Shown here piece by piece: positions 40,837 to 50,648 of a stretch of 64,000 nucleotides of DNA (positions within the stretch are counted from its first letter, which is position 1; each line of letters begins with the position of its first letter). This DNA comes from a virus (Duplodnaviria > Caudoviricetes). Where the stretch lies: the IMG/VR virus record IMGVR_UViG_3300031420_000495, positions 160,001-224,000 of that record, one strand, 5' to 3'. Position numbers and translations under genes: made by a program. The notes below the pieces were generated by a model that searched no databases, was not told where the DNA came from, and saw only the letters and a list, made by a program, of their open reading frames with translations.

Positions 40837-40980
40837 CTAATTTTGTCCAACTGTAAAAATGAAACGGAACACCGCAAGATCAACGATCAGGGAATTAGGA
40901 ATGTCTTCTTCCGGCATAGCGGAGACAAATTCAAATCCAGCTGAGAAGCCGGTGATCAGTGAAATCGATGCAAGTTTCAT
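40837..40980 (-). CDS. small hypothetical protein (47 aa)
   Basis: Manual ORF MKLASISLITG...; below track cutoff. Confidence 0.35.
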   Translation of the reverse strand: MKLASISLITGFSAGFEFVSAMPEEDIPNSLIVDLAVFRFIFTVGQN

Positions 40981-41059
40981 AAATGCTTTGTTGCTGTGAT
41001 ATAGTACATCCTACCACAAAAGAGACGTCAGTGGAAAATTATCTGACGTCGCTTCACAA

Positions 41060-41434
41060 TTACTTCTTAGGGGTTTTTGGTTTACGCTGCTGCGTGGATT
41101 TTGCAGGTGCCTTGCGCGCTGGCGTAGTCGACTGCTTTGCGGCTGGTTTCTTCGCAGCAGGCTTCTTTGCTGGTGCTGGCATCTTCGCAGGCTGGTGGAC
41201 AATCACGTCATCAGCAACGACCTTATCTGCTTTCACTTCAGCCACTTGGACTTCGCGAACGACTGGCGTTTCGACGACTGGTTCTACTACAGGCGCGGCA
41301 GGTGCAACAGGTGTGACGACGGCAGTTGGTTGCACCTCTTGAGTGCGGCCAGCTTTTTCGTCTGCGAGTTTTTCTTTTGCTGCATCAAGTTTGCTGCCGA
41401 AATTAGCAAACCATGCCTTGATTGATTCAAACAT
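41060..41434 (-). CDS. Pro/Val/Lys-rich low-complexity protein
   Basis: PAAKKPAAK tail; TAAATA upstream. Confidence 0.65.
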   Translation of the reverse strand: MFESIKAWFANFGSKLDAAKEKLADEKAGRTQEVQPTAVVTPVAPAAPVVEPVVETPVVREVQVAEVKADKVVADDVIVHQPAKMPAPAKKPAAKKPAAKQSTTPARKAPAKSTQQRKPKTPKK

Positions 41435-41490
41435 AACTTTCTCCTTTAGGTTCCACTAACAGTGGTGACCATCTATTTATCGAAGAATGG

Positions 41491-42204
41491 TTACTGGCCT
41501 GTCAGCTTTTTATTGGCCGGAACAACGTCCCGGAAGTAGATTTCAGTTGCGACTGCCAATATTGTAGATTTGAGTGCTATGACTTCGTCTGGCGTTGGTA
41601 CGCGGTTCAACGAGATAGTCAGAAATCCAGAAAACTGTCCGTAGTATGGTGGCAGACTTGCACGACAAACTGTTGGCATTCGCGATTCCATACCTGGAAA
41701 CAGAGACGCGTTTCCTTCGGAATACTTATTGCACGCGAATTCGCCGTTGATGACGCCAACCATGTTGCTGTTGTTCTTCTCTTCAGCTGTGAACAATGGA
41801 ATTCCAAACTTGCTTACAAACTGAGCATCCAAAGTTTTCTGAACGAAAGGATCGTCAGAGTACCAATAAATCGGAATTCGACGGTTGTTGCGAAGATCAG
41901 CGTTCAAAACAATAATGGTGCTGATCAAGTCATCACCATCAATCAACTGCTTGAGTCGGTCCTGAGAAGTTTGACTGACTGTGTACGGGACGATCGTCGA
42001 TGGTGTCTCAACGACAGGCGCTGATGTGATCGCTGCATAGATTGCCGTACGGTTTTGAAAAACCGTGAAGCCCGTCAAAACCACCATCGCAGCAAAAGTC
42101 CACACTGCTACCTTCTTCAGTGATATGACACTCAGTACTTTAGCAGTTAGTGAAATTACAGAATCTTGAAGCGACATATACGTTTTTCCGTTAGCAGACT
42201 GCAC
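41491..42204 (-). CDS. membrane-anchored protein, holin-T-like (paralogue 1)
   Basis: N-terminal TM, Cys pair, C-terminal EIYFRD. Confidence 0.5.
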   Translation of the reverse strand: MQSANGKTYMSLQDSVISLTAKVLSVISLKKVAVWTFAAMVVLTGFTVFQNRTAIYAAITSAPVVETPSTIVPYTVSQTSQDRLKQLIDGDDLISTIIVLNADLRNNRRIPIYWYSDDPFVQKTLDAQFVSKFGIPLFTAEEKNNSNMVGVINGEFACNKYSEGNASLFPGMESRMPTVCRASLPPYYGQFSGFLTISLNRVPTPDEVIALKSTILAVATEIYFRDVVPANKKLTGQ

Positions 42205-42230
42205 CAGCTTATATTTATGGCCGCCCGCCC

Positions 42231-43139
42231 TTATTTTGTTGCAGGTGGTGTGATCTTCTTAGCGACGTCATTCATATAAATTTCAACTGCGATGCGTGAC
42301 ACTTCGAGTCGAATGGTTTCCAGTTCTGTTGCGGAAACGTTGGCGGCGATGCCAACGGTAATGAAGCCAACAAATGTTCCGACGAACGGTGGTACGGCCA
42401 ACCGGCAAATGGTTGGAAATTCCGTTGCAAGCTCTGGCGCGAAACGATTGTAAATCGTGTCTTCGTATTTGTCGCACCGGAAATCGTTACTGAGAACAGC
42501 GATCATCTGTTCAGTGTTCTTCGCGTCGTAATCAAAAACGGGAAGTGGTAGCGCAAGTGCTTGCACAGCTAGTGGTGGGAGTTTGATGTTCGGGTTGTCG
42601 ATAAAGTAGTATCGAGCAACCCTACGATTCTTCTTTAGATCAACATCCGACAAGATGACCATCTGGACATTTGTCGCCTTTGCAAGGTTGATGAGTGATT
42701 GCTTGCTGCCCTCAGACAAAACCCAGTTTGTTGGGACTGCAGCTACGCTTGCAGTTTGTGCAGAGTCGTGTGATGTAAACTTTGCAACGATGTCATCGCG
42801 ATTTTCGTACAGCGCAAACAGAACGAGGCCGATTGCAGTCAACAATGCAACCAGCGCAACTGTTCGGAATGTGAGAGTGCCGATGATGCTTTCGATAAAG
42901 CTCAACGTTTTAACTGGGTCTTCACCTAGAGAAATGCCTGGCTTTGGAGGTGCAGGCGGAGGTGTAGGTGCTGGTGCAGGATCAGAGGGTGCCGGATCAA
43001 CAACAGGTGCTTCTTCCACTTCAGGTGGATGCGACGGAACATCGTCTTCAGAGACGACTGGCTGTTGTTTGGCTGGAGTCCTAGCCGGAGCCTTTGCTGG
43101 AGGCTTCCCAGCAGGTTTCTTACTAGGCGGTTGCTTCAT
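42231..43139 (-). CDS. membrane-anchored protein, holin-T-like (paralogue 2)
   Basis: Pro-rich N-terminus, TM, ICRLAVPP, EIYMND. Confidence 0.5.
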   Translation of the reverse strand: MKQPPSKKPAGKPPAKAPARTPAKQQPVVSEDDVPSHPPEVEEAPVVDPAPSDPAPAPTPPPAPPKPGISLGEDPVKTLSFIESIIGTLTFRTVALVALLTAIGLVLFALYENRDDIVAKFTSHDSAQTASVAAVPTNWVLSEGSKQSLINLAKATNVQMVILSDVDLKKNRRVARYYFIDNPNIKLPPLAVQALALPLPVFDYDAKNTEQMIAVLSNDFRCDKYEDTIYNRFAPELATEFPTICRLAVPPFVGTFVGFITVGIAANVSATELETIRLEVSRIAVEIYMNDVAKKITPPATK

Positions 43140-43193
43140 GGTGTCCTCTTCATGGTATCCATTATTTATTGGATACCATGAATTTTTGGACGC

Positions 43194-43421
43194 TTACTTG
43201 CGGCGCGGCTCTGGAGGTGGACGCACGCGGCTTGGCAAGGCGCTTGCACCGTTGCCGTTACGAATGAAGTCCAATCCTGCGCGACCTAATTTCTTGGCCG
43301 CGTCCAGATCAGCAAGTGCTTCAAGGAACGTTTCGCGTTCCTCAAGATGATCCACGGTTTGCGCTTCGCCAACACCGTTGACGAAGACACCATGGAATGG
43401 CGGATGGTCTTTCCACATCAT
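43194..43421 (-). CDS. hypothetical protein
   Basis: ORF after promoter. Confidence 0.5.
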   Translation of the reverse strand: MMWKDHPPFHGVFVNGVGEAQTVDHLEERETFLEALADLDAAKKLGRAGLDFIRNGNGASALPSRVRPPPEPRRK

Positions 43422-43457
43422 AATGGTCTCCTTGTGAGAGACCATTGTACCACGTTA

Positions 43458-44609
43458 TCAGTCTTCGTGGCCGAACTTCTTGGCGATTGCATCTTCGATT
43501 GCTTGATGCACGCGCTCGGCCGTTTCGTCCCACGAGTAGTGAGCCACCAGCTCTTTGCCGAGCACGACACGCTGCGCAGCTTGCGTCGGCTCTTCGATCA
43601 GGAAGTTCTCGATGTGACGGATGAACTCGTCGTAGTTGTTGCCGATCTGCACAACCGAACCGTACAGCTCGACGACATCGTGGATCGCGGTCGAGACGAT
43701 CGGCTTTTCTGCCGCCATGTATTCGAGCGTCTTGGTCGGCGAGATGAACTTCGTCGCGTCGTTCAGTGCGAACGGCATCGTGCAGACGTCCCAGCCTTGA
43801 ACGATCTGCGGCAGCAGGGTGTACGGCTGCGAGCCGAGATAGTGGATGTTGTCGCGCTGTGGCAGGCTTGCCGGATCGATCTTGACGACTGGGCCGACCA
43901 TGACGACATGCCAGCGCGGATTTGCGTCTGCGATCGCGGCAACCAGGTCGATGTCGAGACGTTCGTCGATCACGCCGAAGAAGCCGATGCGCGGATGCGG
44001 AATGTCGTGTTCGAGTTGATCTTCGACATGGGTCTCGGCTTCCAGCTGTGCGGCACGTTCTGGCGAGTAGTGGTTCGCGTCGACGCACGATGGCAGCGAC
44101 AGCGTGTCCGGACGAATCGCTTGTTTCGCACGTGCGAGCGATGGTCCGCCGGCGATGACGAGGTCTGCGGTTTGCAGCAGTTCACGTTCGCGATCTTTCA
44201 GTTCCTTCGGAGCATGCGCGAACATCGACAGCTCGTCCATGACGTCGAAGATGACGAAGTCGGGTTCGAAGTATTCCTTCAGCGGGAACGCTTGCGGAGT
44301 GTAGAACCAGATGCCGAAGCCGTCGTCGGTCAGCACGTCGTTCTCGAGCAGCCACTCGCGTACGAGTGGGCCGATCACTTTCATCTGCTGATCGTTGAAG
44401 CCCCAACCGTCTTCGACGGTATGCGGCACGACGACGGTGATGTTGTCGTGCTTTTCGGTCTTGTTTGCTTCGATGAAAACCGAACCAGTATTCAGTGGTT
44501 CTTCGACGAAGACGATGTTATAGTGTTGTGCCAGACGCGTCAGAAGATGCTGCGGACGCTGAAAGACGAAGTTCCAACGGAGGTGCGAGAATACGATAAG
44601 GGTTTTCAT
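43458..44609 (-). CDS. GT-B glycosyltransferase of the type often linked to Glf
   Basis: FSHLRWNFVFQRPQHL, IGFFGVIDER, ISPTKTLEYMAA. Confidence 0.88.
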   Translation of the reverse strand: MKTLIVFSHLRWNFVFQRPQHLLTRLAQHYNIVFVEEPLNTGSVFIEANKTEKHDNITVVVPHTVEDGWGFNDQQMKVIGPLVREWLLENDVLTDDGFGIWFYTPQAFPLKEYFEPDFVIFDVMDELSMFAHAPKELKDRERELLQTADLVIAGGPSLARAKQAIRPDTLSLPSCVDANHYSPERAAQLEAETHVEDQLEHDIPHPRIGFFGVIDERLDIDLVAAIADANPRWHVVMVGPVVKIDPASLPQRDNIHYLGSQPYTLLPQIVQGWDVCTMPFALNDATKFISPTKTLEYMAAEKPIVSTAIHDVVELYGSVVQIGNNYDEFIRHIENFLIEEPTQAAQRVVLGKELVAHYSWDETAERVHQAIEDAIAKKFGHED

Positions 44610-44757
44610 TGTAGTAATTTCTTCGTAGTAAGAAGCCGAATTAGCTTCTAATTGCAGTGATTATACACCGAATATATGAATATGCATAGTGCTAAATGGT
44701 GCCGTACATACAAGAATGGCTCCCGTAGGAGCCATTGGTATTCAAGCTATCGCTCGA

Positions 44758-45033
44758 TTACTTCGCTTCGGTAGAAGCTGGTGGTGTGACCGTGGTCGTC
44801 GAACCAGTCGATGCGGACGTGCCGGTATCTGCTGGTGGAGTTACGCCGGTCGATGCTGGTGGAGTAACAACAGTCGTGTCACCAGCTGCTGGAGCTGGAG
44901 TCGGTGCTGGAGCTGGAACCACTACTGGAGCAACTGGTACAACGGTCGTTGTCTGCGGAGGAACTTCTTCCTTCTTCGAGCAAGCGGCCAGAGTTGCTGC
45001 GGCCATCAGGCCTACTACCAGTGCGCGCATCAT
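44758..45033 (-). CDS. T/P/A-rich lipoprotein
   Basis: Lipobox LAAC. Confidence 0.75.
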   Translation of the reverse strand: MMRALVVGLMAAATLAACSKKEEVPPQTTTVVPVAPVVVPAPAPTPAPAAGDTTVVTPPASTGVTPPADTGTSASTGSTTTVTPPASTEAK

Positions 45034-45386
45034 TCACGCACCTTCTTTTTCGTTACAACGGTCGTGTCGGACGAAGTGTTCATCGACGACGAGGTCGAGG
45101 ATGCCGCTGGAGCTGGAGCAGCGTAGGTGGTCGACGAGGACTCAACTACAACTGTCTTGCTCGAGTGACGTGCTTCTGCCGAATCAGCCATGTGGCCGCC
45201 GACTGCAGCACCAACGCCTGCACCTACCAGGCCGCCAGCAATGTGAGCTGCCGCTCCACTACCGACTGGACCCAGAACTGCTGCACCGATCACTGCACCA
45301 GCGAGCTGGCCAGTCTGATGGTTCGTCGCGCAACCAGTTGCGAGCGCTGCTACTGCAGCAAGAGCTGCGAGTTTTGCTTTCATCAT
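45030..45386 (-). CDS. glycine-zipper lipoprotein
   Basis: LATGC lipobox, GQLAGAVIGAA..GGLVGAGVG. Confidence 0.8.
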   Translation of the reverse strand: MMKAKLAALAAVAALATGCATNHQTGQLAGAVIGAAVLGPVGSGAAAHIAGGLVGAGVGAAVGGHMADSAEARHSSKTVVVESSSTTYAAPAPAASSTSSSMNTSSDTTVVTKKKVRE

Positions 45387-45612
45387 ATAATTCTCCTTCA
45401 AGAATTGAGGGTTAGTTTCTACATGGGCAAAAGGGGTGTTTGCGCTTTTATTTATAGAAATATGGAGGGACAACACAAGAACTCCTTCTTGTATTATTGA
45501 CGATGCCATACACCGAGCAACGTTCTAACTCATGTTGCTAGTTTGCGTCGTGCCTTATTTACAGAGTCACGACCTCTGGAACAGATTTTACGAGTGATAT
45601 TCGCCTCGGAGT

Positions 45613-45795
45613 TCAGAAGCAACGTTGGTAGACAACACGCTTTTTCTTTAGAACCCATGCATCGTGGATGCACGAATTTTTATCGTATTTGGAAATTCCG
45701 AGGAATGTTTCACGGCCGTCTGGAGTAGTTCCGCAGCCACTGACGCTGAATGCCAAGACTAGAAAAAGCTTCCACATGATAACCTCGCGATACAA
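45613..45795 (-). CDS. small lipoprotein
   Basis: VSGC lipobox. Confidence 0.55.
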   Translation of the reverse strand: MYREVIMWKLFLVLAFSVSGCGTTPDGRETFLGISKYDKNSCIHDAWVLKKKRVVYQRCF

Positions 45796-45846
45796 TGAAC
45801 CATTGTACCACGAGAATTATCTTTGAACAAACTTTTTCGCGTTGAC

Positions 45847-45996
45847 TTAGAGCATGCCTCGACCGAAGATCAGATACAGAATGATCAACAGCACGATGAT
45901 GCCGACAGGGCTATAACCCCAGCTACGGGAATAGCCCCATGTTGGAAGAGCACCAATCAGCAGAAGAATCAGCAGGATGATGAGAATTGTAGACAT
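45847..45996 (-). CDS. DUF3309-like small membrane protein
   Basis: Manual: MSTILIILLILLLIGALPTWGYSRSWGYSPVGII...; TAAATA upstream. Confidence 0.8.
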   Translation of the reverse strand: MSTILIILLILLLIGALPTWGYSRSWGYSPVGIIVLLIILYLIFGRGML

Positions 45997-46058
45997 GGTT
46001 ATTTCCTTTTCAAGGTAGCAGCAAAAAGCTGCCGATAACCTATTTATCTAAAATCTCG

Positions 46059-46652
46059 TCAAACTTCTTGAGTTACATCATCGACGATGCGGATGCCTGC
46101 TGCCCACATCTTCATCGCTGCTTTGTCGATCGAGTCTTGCGCGATGCCACGGCATGCAGCGAGATTGACGATGACTTCGAAACCAGCATCGCGCAATTGC
46201 AATGCAGTGGTTGCGACGCAATAGTCGGTTGCGAGACCGCCAACGATAACGGTCTTGATGCCTTTCGACTTCAGGAATTCGATGACGCCAGTTGACCGCT
46301 TACGGGTTTCCCAGTCTTCGTTGTGGTAACATGCACCGTACGGGTGCAAATGTTTCTCGACACCTTTCCAGACGAAGTAGTCGTAGTCGTCTGGCTTCGG
46401 CAAACCATCGACTAGTTCGAAACCGAATGTGCCGACTTCGCAGTGCCGCGGCCAGATTTCGCCCACGAAGTCAGCTTGATCGGAGTGAGCGTCTTTACTG
46501 CCAACACGAATGCCGCACAGCTTCGCTTGTTCGTTCAGCGGGCCGACAACACGGTGTCCGCCTTTGACGGGCAGTTCGCGTGGACACAGCTCGGTGAAAC
46601 CGTTCTGCACGTCAACGTCGAAACTCGCCGTTGTTTCTTTATCGATTTTCAT
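46059..46652 (-). CDS. pncA: nicotinamidase/pyrazinamidase
   Basis: DVQNGF, KDAH, WPRHC, GLATDYCV. Confidence 0.9.
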   Translation of the reverse strand: MKIDKETTASFDVDVQNGFTELCPRELPVKGGHRVVGPLNEQAKLCGIRVGSKDAHSDQADFVGEIWPRHCEVGTFGFELVDGLPKPDDYDYFVWKGVEKHLHPYGACYHNEDWETRKRSTGVIEFLKSKGIKTVIVGGLATDYCVATTALQLRDAGFEVIVNLAACRGIAQDSIDKAAMKMWAAGIRIVDDVTQEV

Positions 46653-46846
46653 TCTGCTTCCAGTGACTTCTTGACGTCAGCAAGTGACGGCAGGACTTCG
46701 CCGAGATGCTTCTTGCTGATTTGATATTGCCATCCATCGCGGACGCGATAGATGGTGCCGGTCTTGCGATTGCGTTTGCCGTCATGCAGGAACACGTCGA
46801 CGACCAAACCGATTTTCGGAACTTGGCGTTCTTTGTAGGTAATCAT
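46649..46846 (-). CDS. hypothetical protein
   Basis: ORF. Confidence 0.6.
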   Translation of the reverse strand: MITYKERQVPKIGLVVDVFLHDGKRNRKTGTIYRVRDGWQYQISKKHLGEVLPSLADVKKSLEAE

Positions 46847-46889
46847 GTGCGTGTTCCTTGGTAGATTCGATGGAAGAATTATACCACGG

Positions 46890-47468
46890 TTATTGATCTT
46901 GTGGAGGATTGCCGCTAGTTTCTTTTGCCTTGTCGAAAAGCAACTTCAACTGTTTGCTGGAATTGATAAGTTCTGCACCAACAGACTTTGCGTCGTTGGC
47001 GTTCATCAGTAAGCTGATGATGTTCAGCATACCACCACTGACAACGGTTGACAGAAGGAATTGAATGCCGTTGTCACGCATCTGTGCAACAGTGAACAAA
47101 ACGAGACGCAACACCTTGAGCACGATGATGCGATTGAAATTCTTTCGAGAAACGTCGATACCTTGTAGCTTGATGCCGGCTTTTACCAACCACTTGTCTG
47201 CTTGGTCTTTGATTTTCTCAGGCATGCGATCATAGACACCGCGGAACTTTTCCAATTCCTGCAAGTACATTTGCCGAATGACTTTGTCATTCAGTTCGCC
47301 TTTATTGTTGGCGGCTGTCTTGAGATTGGTGAATGCAGTACCGATCTGATTGAATCCGCTTTTCAGCGTGTCAAAGATTCCCTCGTCGAGGTTTTCTCGA
47401 CCTTCCCAGACTTGATCGAGTTCTTCAAGTAGGGAAGGCTGAGGTGTTTTGAGTTCGTGTAGTTTCAT
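46890..47468 (-). CDS. hypothetical, MKLHEL N-terminus
   Basis: TAAATA upstream; several LxE sites early. Confidence 0.7.
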   Translation of the reverse strand: MKLHELKTPQPSLLEELDQVWEGRENLDEGIFDTLKSGFNQIGTAFTNLKTAANNKGELNDKVIRQMYLQELEKFRGVYDRMPEKIKDQADKWLVKAGIKLQGIDVSRKNFNRIIVLKVLRLVLFTVAQMRDNGIQFLLSTVVSGGMLNIISLLMNANDAKSVGAELINSSKQLKLLFDKAKETSGNPPQDQ

Positions 47469-47503
47469 TTGTAGCCGATCAACGTTGATCGGCTATTTAT
47501 GGC

Positions 47504-48163
47504 TTAGTCGTCATCGCCACCGAAGATACCCAACAGCTGCAGCAGGTTCTGGAAGATGTTGATGATGTCCAGATACAAGCTCAGTGTTGCACTGATGTAC
47601 GACGTTTCTCCACCATTCACGATCTGCTGCACGTCGTAAACGATGTACAGCGAGAAGATCACGATGGCCACGATCGAGAACAGAATCACGAGTGCCGGCA
47701 ACTTCAGGAAGATGTTCGCAATACCTGCGATAATCAACACGATCAGTGCGATGAATAGGTACTTGCCCATGCCCGAGAAATCTCGTTTCGTCACCGTGGC
47801 ATACGCGGCAAGAGAGACGAAGATCGCAGCCGTTCCGCCGAACGCCAACATAATCAGCTCGGCACCATTGGTAAACTGTAACGTTCGAACTAATAGCGGA
47901 CTTAGTGTTGCGCCCATCAATCCAGTGAAGAGCAGCAACACAGGAATACCTGCGGCCGAGTTTCGCAATGCTTGGATTGCGAAGATGAAGCCGAACATGA
48001 CGAGCAGAACCAGCAGCCAACCCCAACCAGAGATTGCAGGCAGACCGAATTTTACGCCGAGGTAGGCGCCGATAACAGTTGGCACCATCGTTGCGGCCAA
48101 CAGCAGATAGGTGTTACGCAGTACAGTATTACTCACTGCGCTTTTGCTCAGAGAAACGTCCAT
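47504..48163 (-). CDS. yccA: Bax inhibitor-1/YccA family membrane protein
   Basis: VLRNTYLLL...YISATLSLYLDIINIF. Confidence 0.92.
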   Translation of the reverse strand: MDVSLSKSAVSNTVLRNTYLLLAATMVPTVIGAYLGVKFGLPAISGWGWLLVLLVMFGFIFAIQALRNSAAGIPVLLLFTGLMGATLSPLLVRTLQFTNGAELIMLAFGGTAAIFVSLAAYATVTKRDFSGMGKYLFIALIVLIIAGIANIFLKLPALVILFSIVAIVIFSLYIVYDVQQIVNGGETSYISATLSLYLDIINIFQNLLQLLGIFGGDDD

Positions 48164-48181
48164 GATTTTCCTTGTGTGGAT

Positions 48182-48255
48182 TGGTACCCCTAGAAGGAAT
48201 CGAACCCTCCGTCAGCAGCTTAGAAGGCCGCTCGCCGAAATCCATCGGTAGGGGT
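48182..48255 (-). tRNA. tRNA-Arg(UCU), short D-arm
   Basis: GCGGC-CUUCUAA-GCUGC, UUCGAUU, CCA. Confidence 0.8.
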
Positions 48256-48431
48256 GTTGTAAGACCATCAACGATGGGACTACTTAATATCATCTTGCAA
48301 GAATGATCGCACCAGTTTGTCCGCGAGCCCGCCCCAACGTAAGTTACGTCAGCCTGCCGACTGGACGTGTGATTTTCTCGATGGAGGTTGCCCTCATCGG
48401 CATAGTGCTGCTCAGCCGATGGTCTTATTTA

Positions 48432-48671
48432 TCAGTAGTTGAAAGCTCGATGCTCGTTGAGCTGTTCTTCCTTGTCTTTCGAGAGGTTGTAAACCTCCAT
48501 GATCCGTTGCATCTCGCCAGGATTTGCAACGCGCTTGTGGGCTTCTTCTTGGTTCGCACAGAAGACTGGATAGTCGTCCCAATCGTATGTATCACATACG
48601 ACCACGAGATGGCTTGCACCCTGTGCAACACCGCGATCGAACCATTCAGCAATTTGCGATTTCGTTGTCAT
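48432..48671 (-). CDS. hypothetical protein
   Basis: MTTKSQIAEWF..VCDTYDWDDYPV. Confidence 0.65.
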   Translation of the reverse strand: MTTKSQIAEWFDRGVAQGASHLVVVCDTYDWDDYPVFCANQEEAHKRVANPGEMQRIMEVYNLSKDKEEQLNEHRAFNY

Positions 48672-48678
48672 GATTTCC

Positions 48679-49095
48679 TTAATCAGGTAGTCGATAAGAG
48701 TCCCAACCATACCACGCTTTCGTCGCAACGCGATTGCCTTTTCCAGGTCGACGGATTGCATATTGCGTTCTGCCGATGCTGCTGTCTTTGTCCGTAACAC
48801 GCTTGCGATAATCTCGCGCATCACGGATCGTCGTCCCTTTCAGTTGACCGTTACCACCACAGTAGTGAAACTTCATGCCGGCGCGAACAAGAACTTCCAG
48901 CTTTGCCCATTCACGCACATTGCGTTTTGGCGGAGCGCGAAAAGCAGTTCCGCAAAACAACATTTGCTTCTTGCATGTTGGGCACTTGTGATTGCCACCA
49001 GAATACTTAGTTTTGTGAAAGCACACGCGACAGTCGAAGCAAGCATATCGCGCAGAGCTTGTGTACTTCGCGTAAAGCCTTATGCCTGTATCCAT
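48679..49095 (-). CDS. Zn-ribbon hypothetical protein
   Basis: CFDC...CPTC. Confidence 0.6.
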   Translation of the reverse strand: MDTGIRLYAKYTSSARYACFDCRVCFHKTKYSGGNHKCPTCKKQMLFCGTAFRAPPKRNVREWAKLEVLVRAGMKFHYCGGNGQLKGTTIRDARDYRKRVTDKDSSIGRTQYAIRRPGKGNRVATKAWYGWDSYRLPD

Positions 49096-49157
49096 GGCAT
49101 CTCCTTAAAAATGATAGTCGCATTATACACTACGACTATCATTTCTCCGAGATATTT

Positions 49158-50639
49158 TTAGTTGGCGTAGTTATCCACGACTTCTTTCAGGTTGTGGTGA
49201 AGGATATATGATCCGGATTTTTCACCGGCCCAGAAGCACTTGTCTCCGACGGTGATGTGCTGAACCATGATGTCGCCCATGCCGTGAACCAGCGTAATGC
49301 GTTCCCACCCAATCGTGTGCGTTCCGTCTTCTGCATCATGACGAACTGGAACTTCCATGCCGAGCAATTCGCGCGGGTTCACGTAACCATATCGTGTTGG
49401 AATCGGTGCAGTTTCCGAACAGACCAGTGAAGCACCTGATTCAGTTACGAGACGGAAACCAGGTTGCAGTGTTGGCTTCGACATCGTGACAACGCCTTGA
49501 TTTTCTTCAAATGTTTCTGGATCAGCAAGCATCATGCTATTACCAACTTCAATTTGACCTGCCAACATTCCATCTGGCAGAATAGCATTCACGGATACGC
49601 AACCACCACCTCCACCTCCGCCTCCACCGCCAGCAGATGGCGCAACGTATTTCGCACCGGTAGTTAACGCATGTTGTTGAACTGTCGATGGATTTGGGTA
49701 ATCTCGCAGAAGCGTAAACTCGACTCGACCTTTTGCACCATTGCCACCAGTGAGACCACTGATTCGAGCTCTGTTATCTGCGTTGAACATGTTCGACGAA
49801 TCATTTGGCTTTGGTTGATAGCTTGTGTCACCAGTCAGTGTTCGTGTTCCCCAGTATCCGCCCGCTCCACCAGTACCTGTGCCTTGACGATACGTCGGTG
49901 AAGTCAAAAGAACAGCTGCTGTACTTGGGCCTGCAACAACGCCAGAGTTTGATGATCCAGCGTAACCGCCTGGCCAACCGTCTGCACCGTCACCGCCGCG
50001 AGTTACGGAATACTGGTTGTCGTTGATACCACCTGCACCTCCGCCTCCGCCACCACCTCCACCAGCGCCGACGAGCGTAGACGGAATACCGCCACGTGTC
50101 ACGCTGATTGAAGATACTTGACCAGCACTTCCTGAAGCGCCGGCATCACCCATGAAATAACCACCACTCGTGCCAAGTCCGGTCCAGTGCCCGAACCCGC
50201 CAACGCCACCATATCCGCCATCGCCAACAACAATTGTGAGAACTTCACCCGGTGAAATTGCAGCTGAGAACCAAACTTCTTCGCCCATACCCGCAGAGCC
50301 ACCACTGCCACCCGCAGCCGATGCGTTCCAGTTGTATTCACCAGCACCACCGCCTCCTCCGCCACCACCTTCACCGCCGATGACTGTTCCGGAAAATCCG
50401 CGTGGTCCATTAGGCACCGTGAAGTAATACGTTCCAGGTGAAGAGTAGAGATAGTATGTCTGCGCTGGCATGTTAGCTTTGCCACGCAAGAAGTCCATCG
50501 AGATAGTTGTTTGATCGCCAGTGACGCCAGCCAAGATGCGAACGTTTGGATCATTCAAGTTGAGGCCTGCTACGCTAACGCCAAGCTCGGCAGCAACTTG
50601 ATCCATGCCAATTGAATTTGGACTAACTGGTAATGTCAT
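49158..50639 (-). CDS. Gly-rich adhesin-like protein with C-terminal Hint domain
   Basis: Adhesin N-module, poly-Gly motifs, G9-C...HHN (49191-49601). Confidence 0.75.
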   Translation of the reverse strand: MTLPVSPNSIGMDQVAAELGVSVAGLNLNDPNVRILAGVTGDQTTISMDFLRGKANMPAQTYYLYSSPGTYYFTVPNGPRGFSGTVIGGEGGGGGGGGAGEYNWNASAAGGSGGSAGMGEEVWFSAAISPGEVLTIVVGDGGYGGVGGFGHWTGLGTSGGYFMGDAGASGSAGQVSSISVTRGGIPSTLVGAGGGGGGGGGAGGINDNQYSVTRGGDGADGWPGGYAGSSNSGVVAGPSTAAVLLTSPTYRQGTGTGGAGGYWGTRTLTGDTSYQPKPNDSSNMFNADNRARISGLTGGNGAKGRVEFTLLRDYPNPSTVQQHALTTGAKYVAPSAGGGGGGGGGGCVSVNAILPDGMLAGQIEVGNSMMLADPETFEENQGVVTMSKPTLQPGFRLVTESGASLVCSETAPIPTRYGYVNPRELLGMEVPVRHDAEDGTHTIGWERITLVHGMGDIMVQHITVGDKCFWAGEKSGSYILHHNLKEVVDNYAN

Positions 50640-50648
50640 AGTGTTTCC

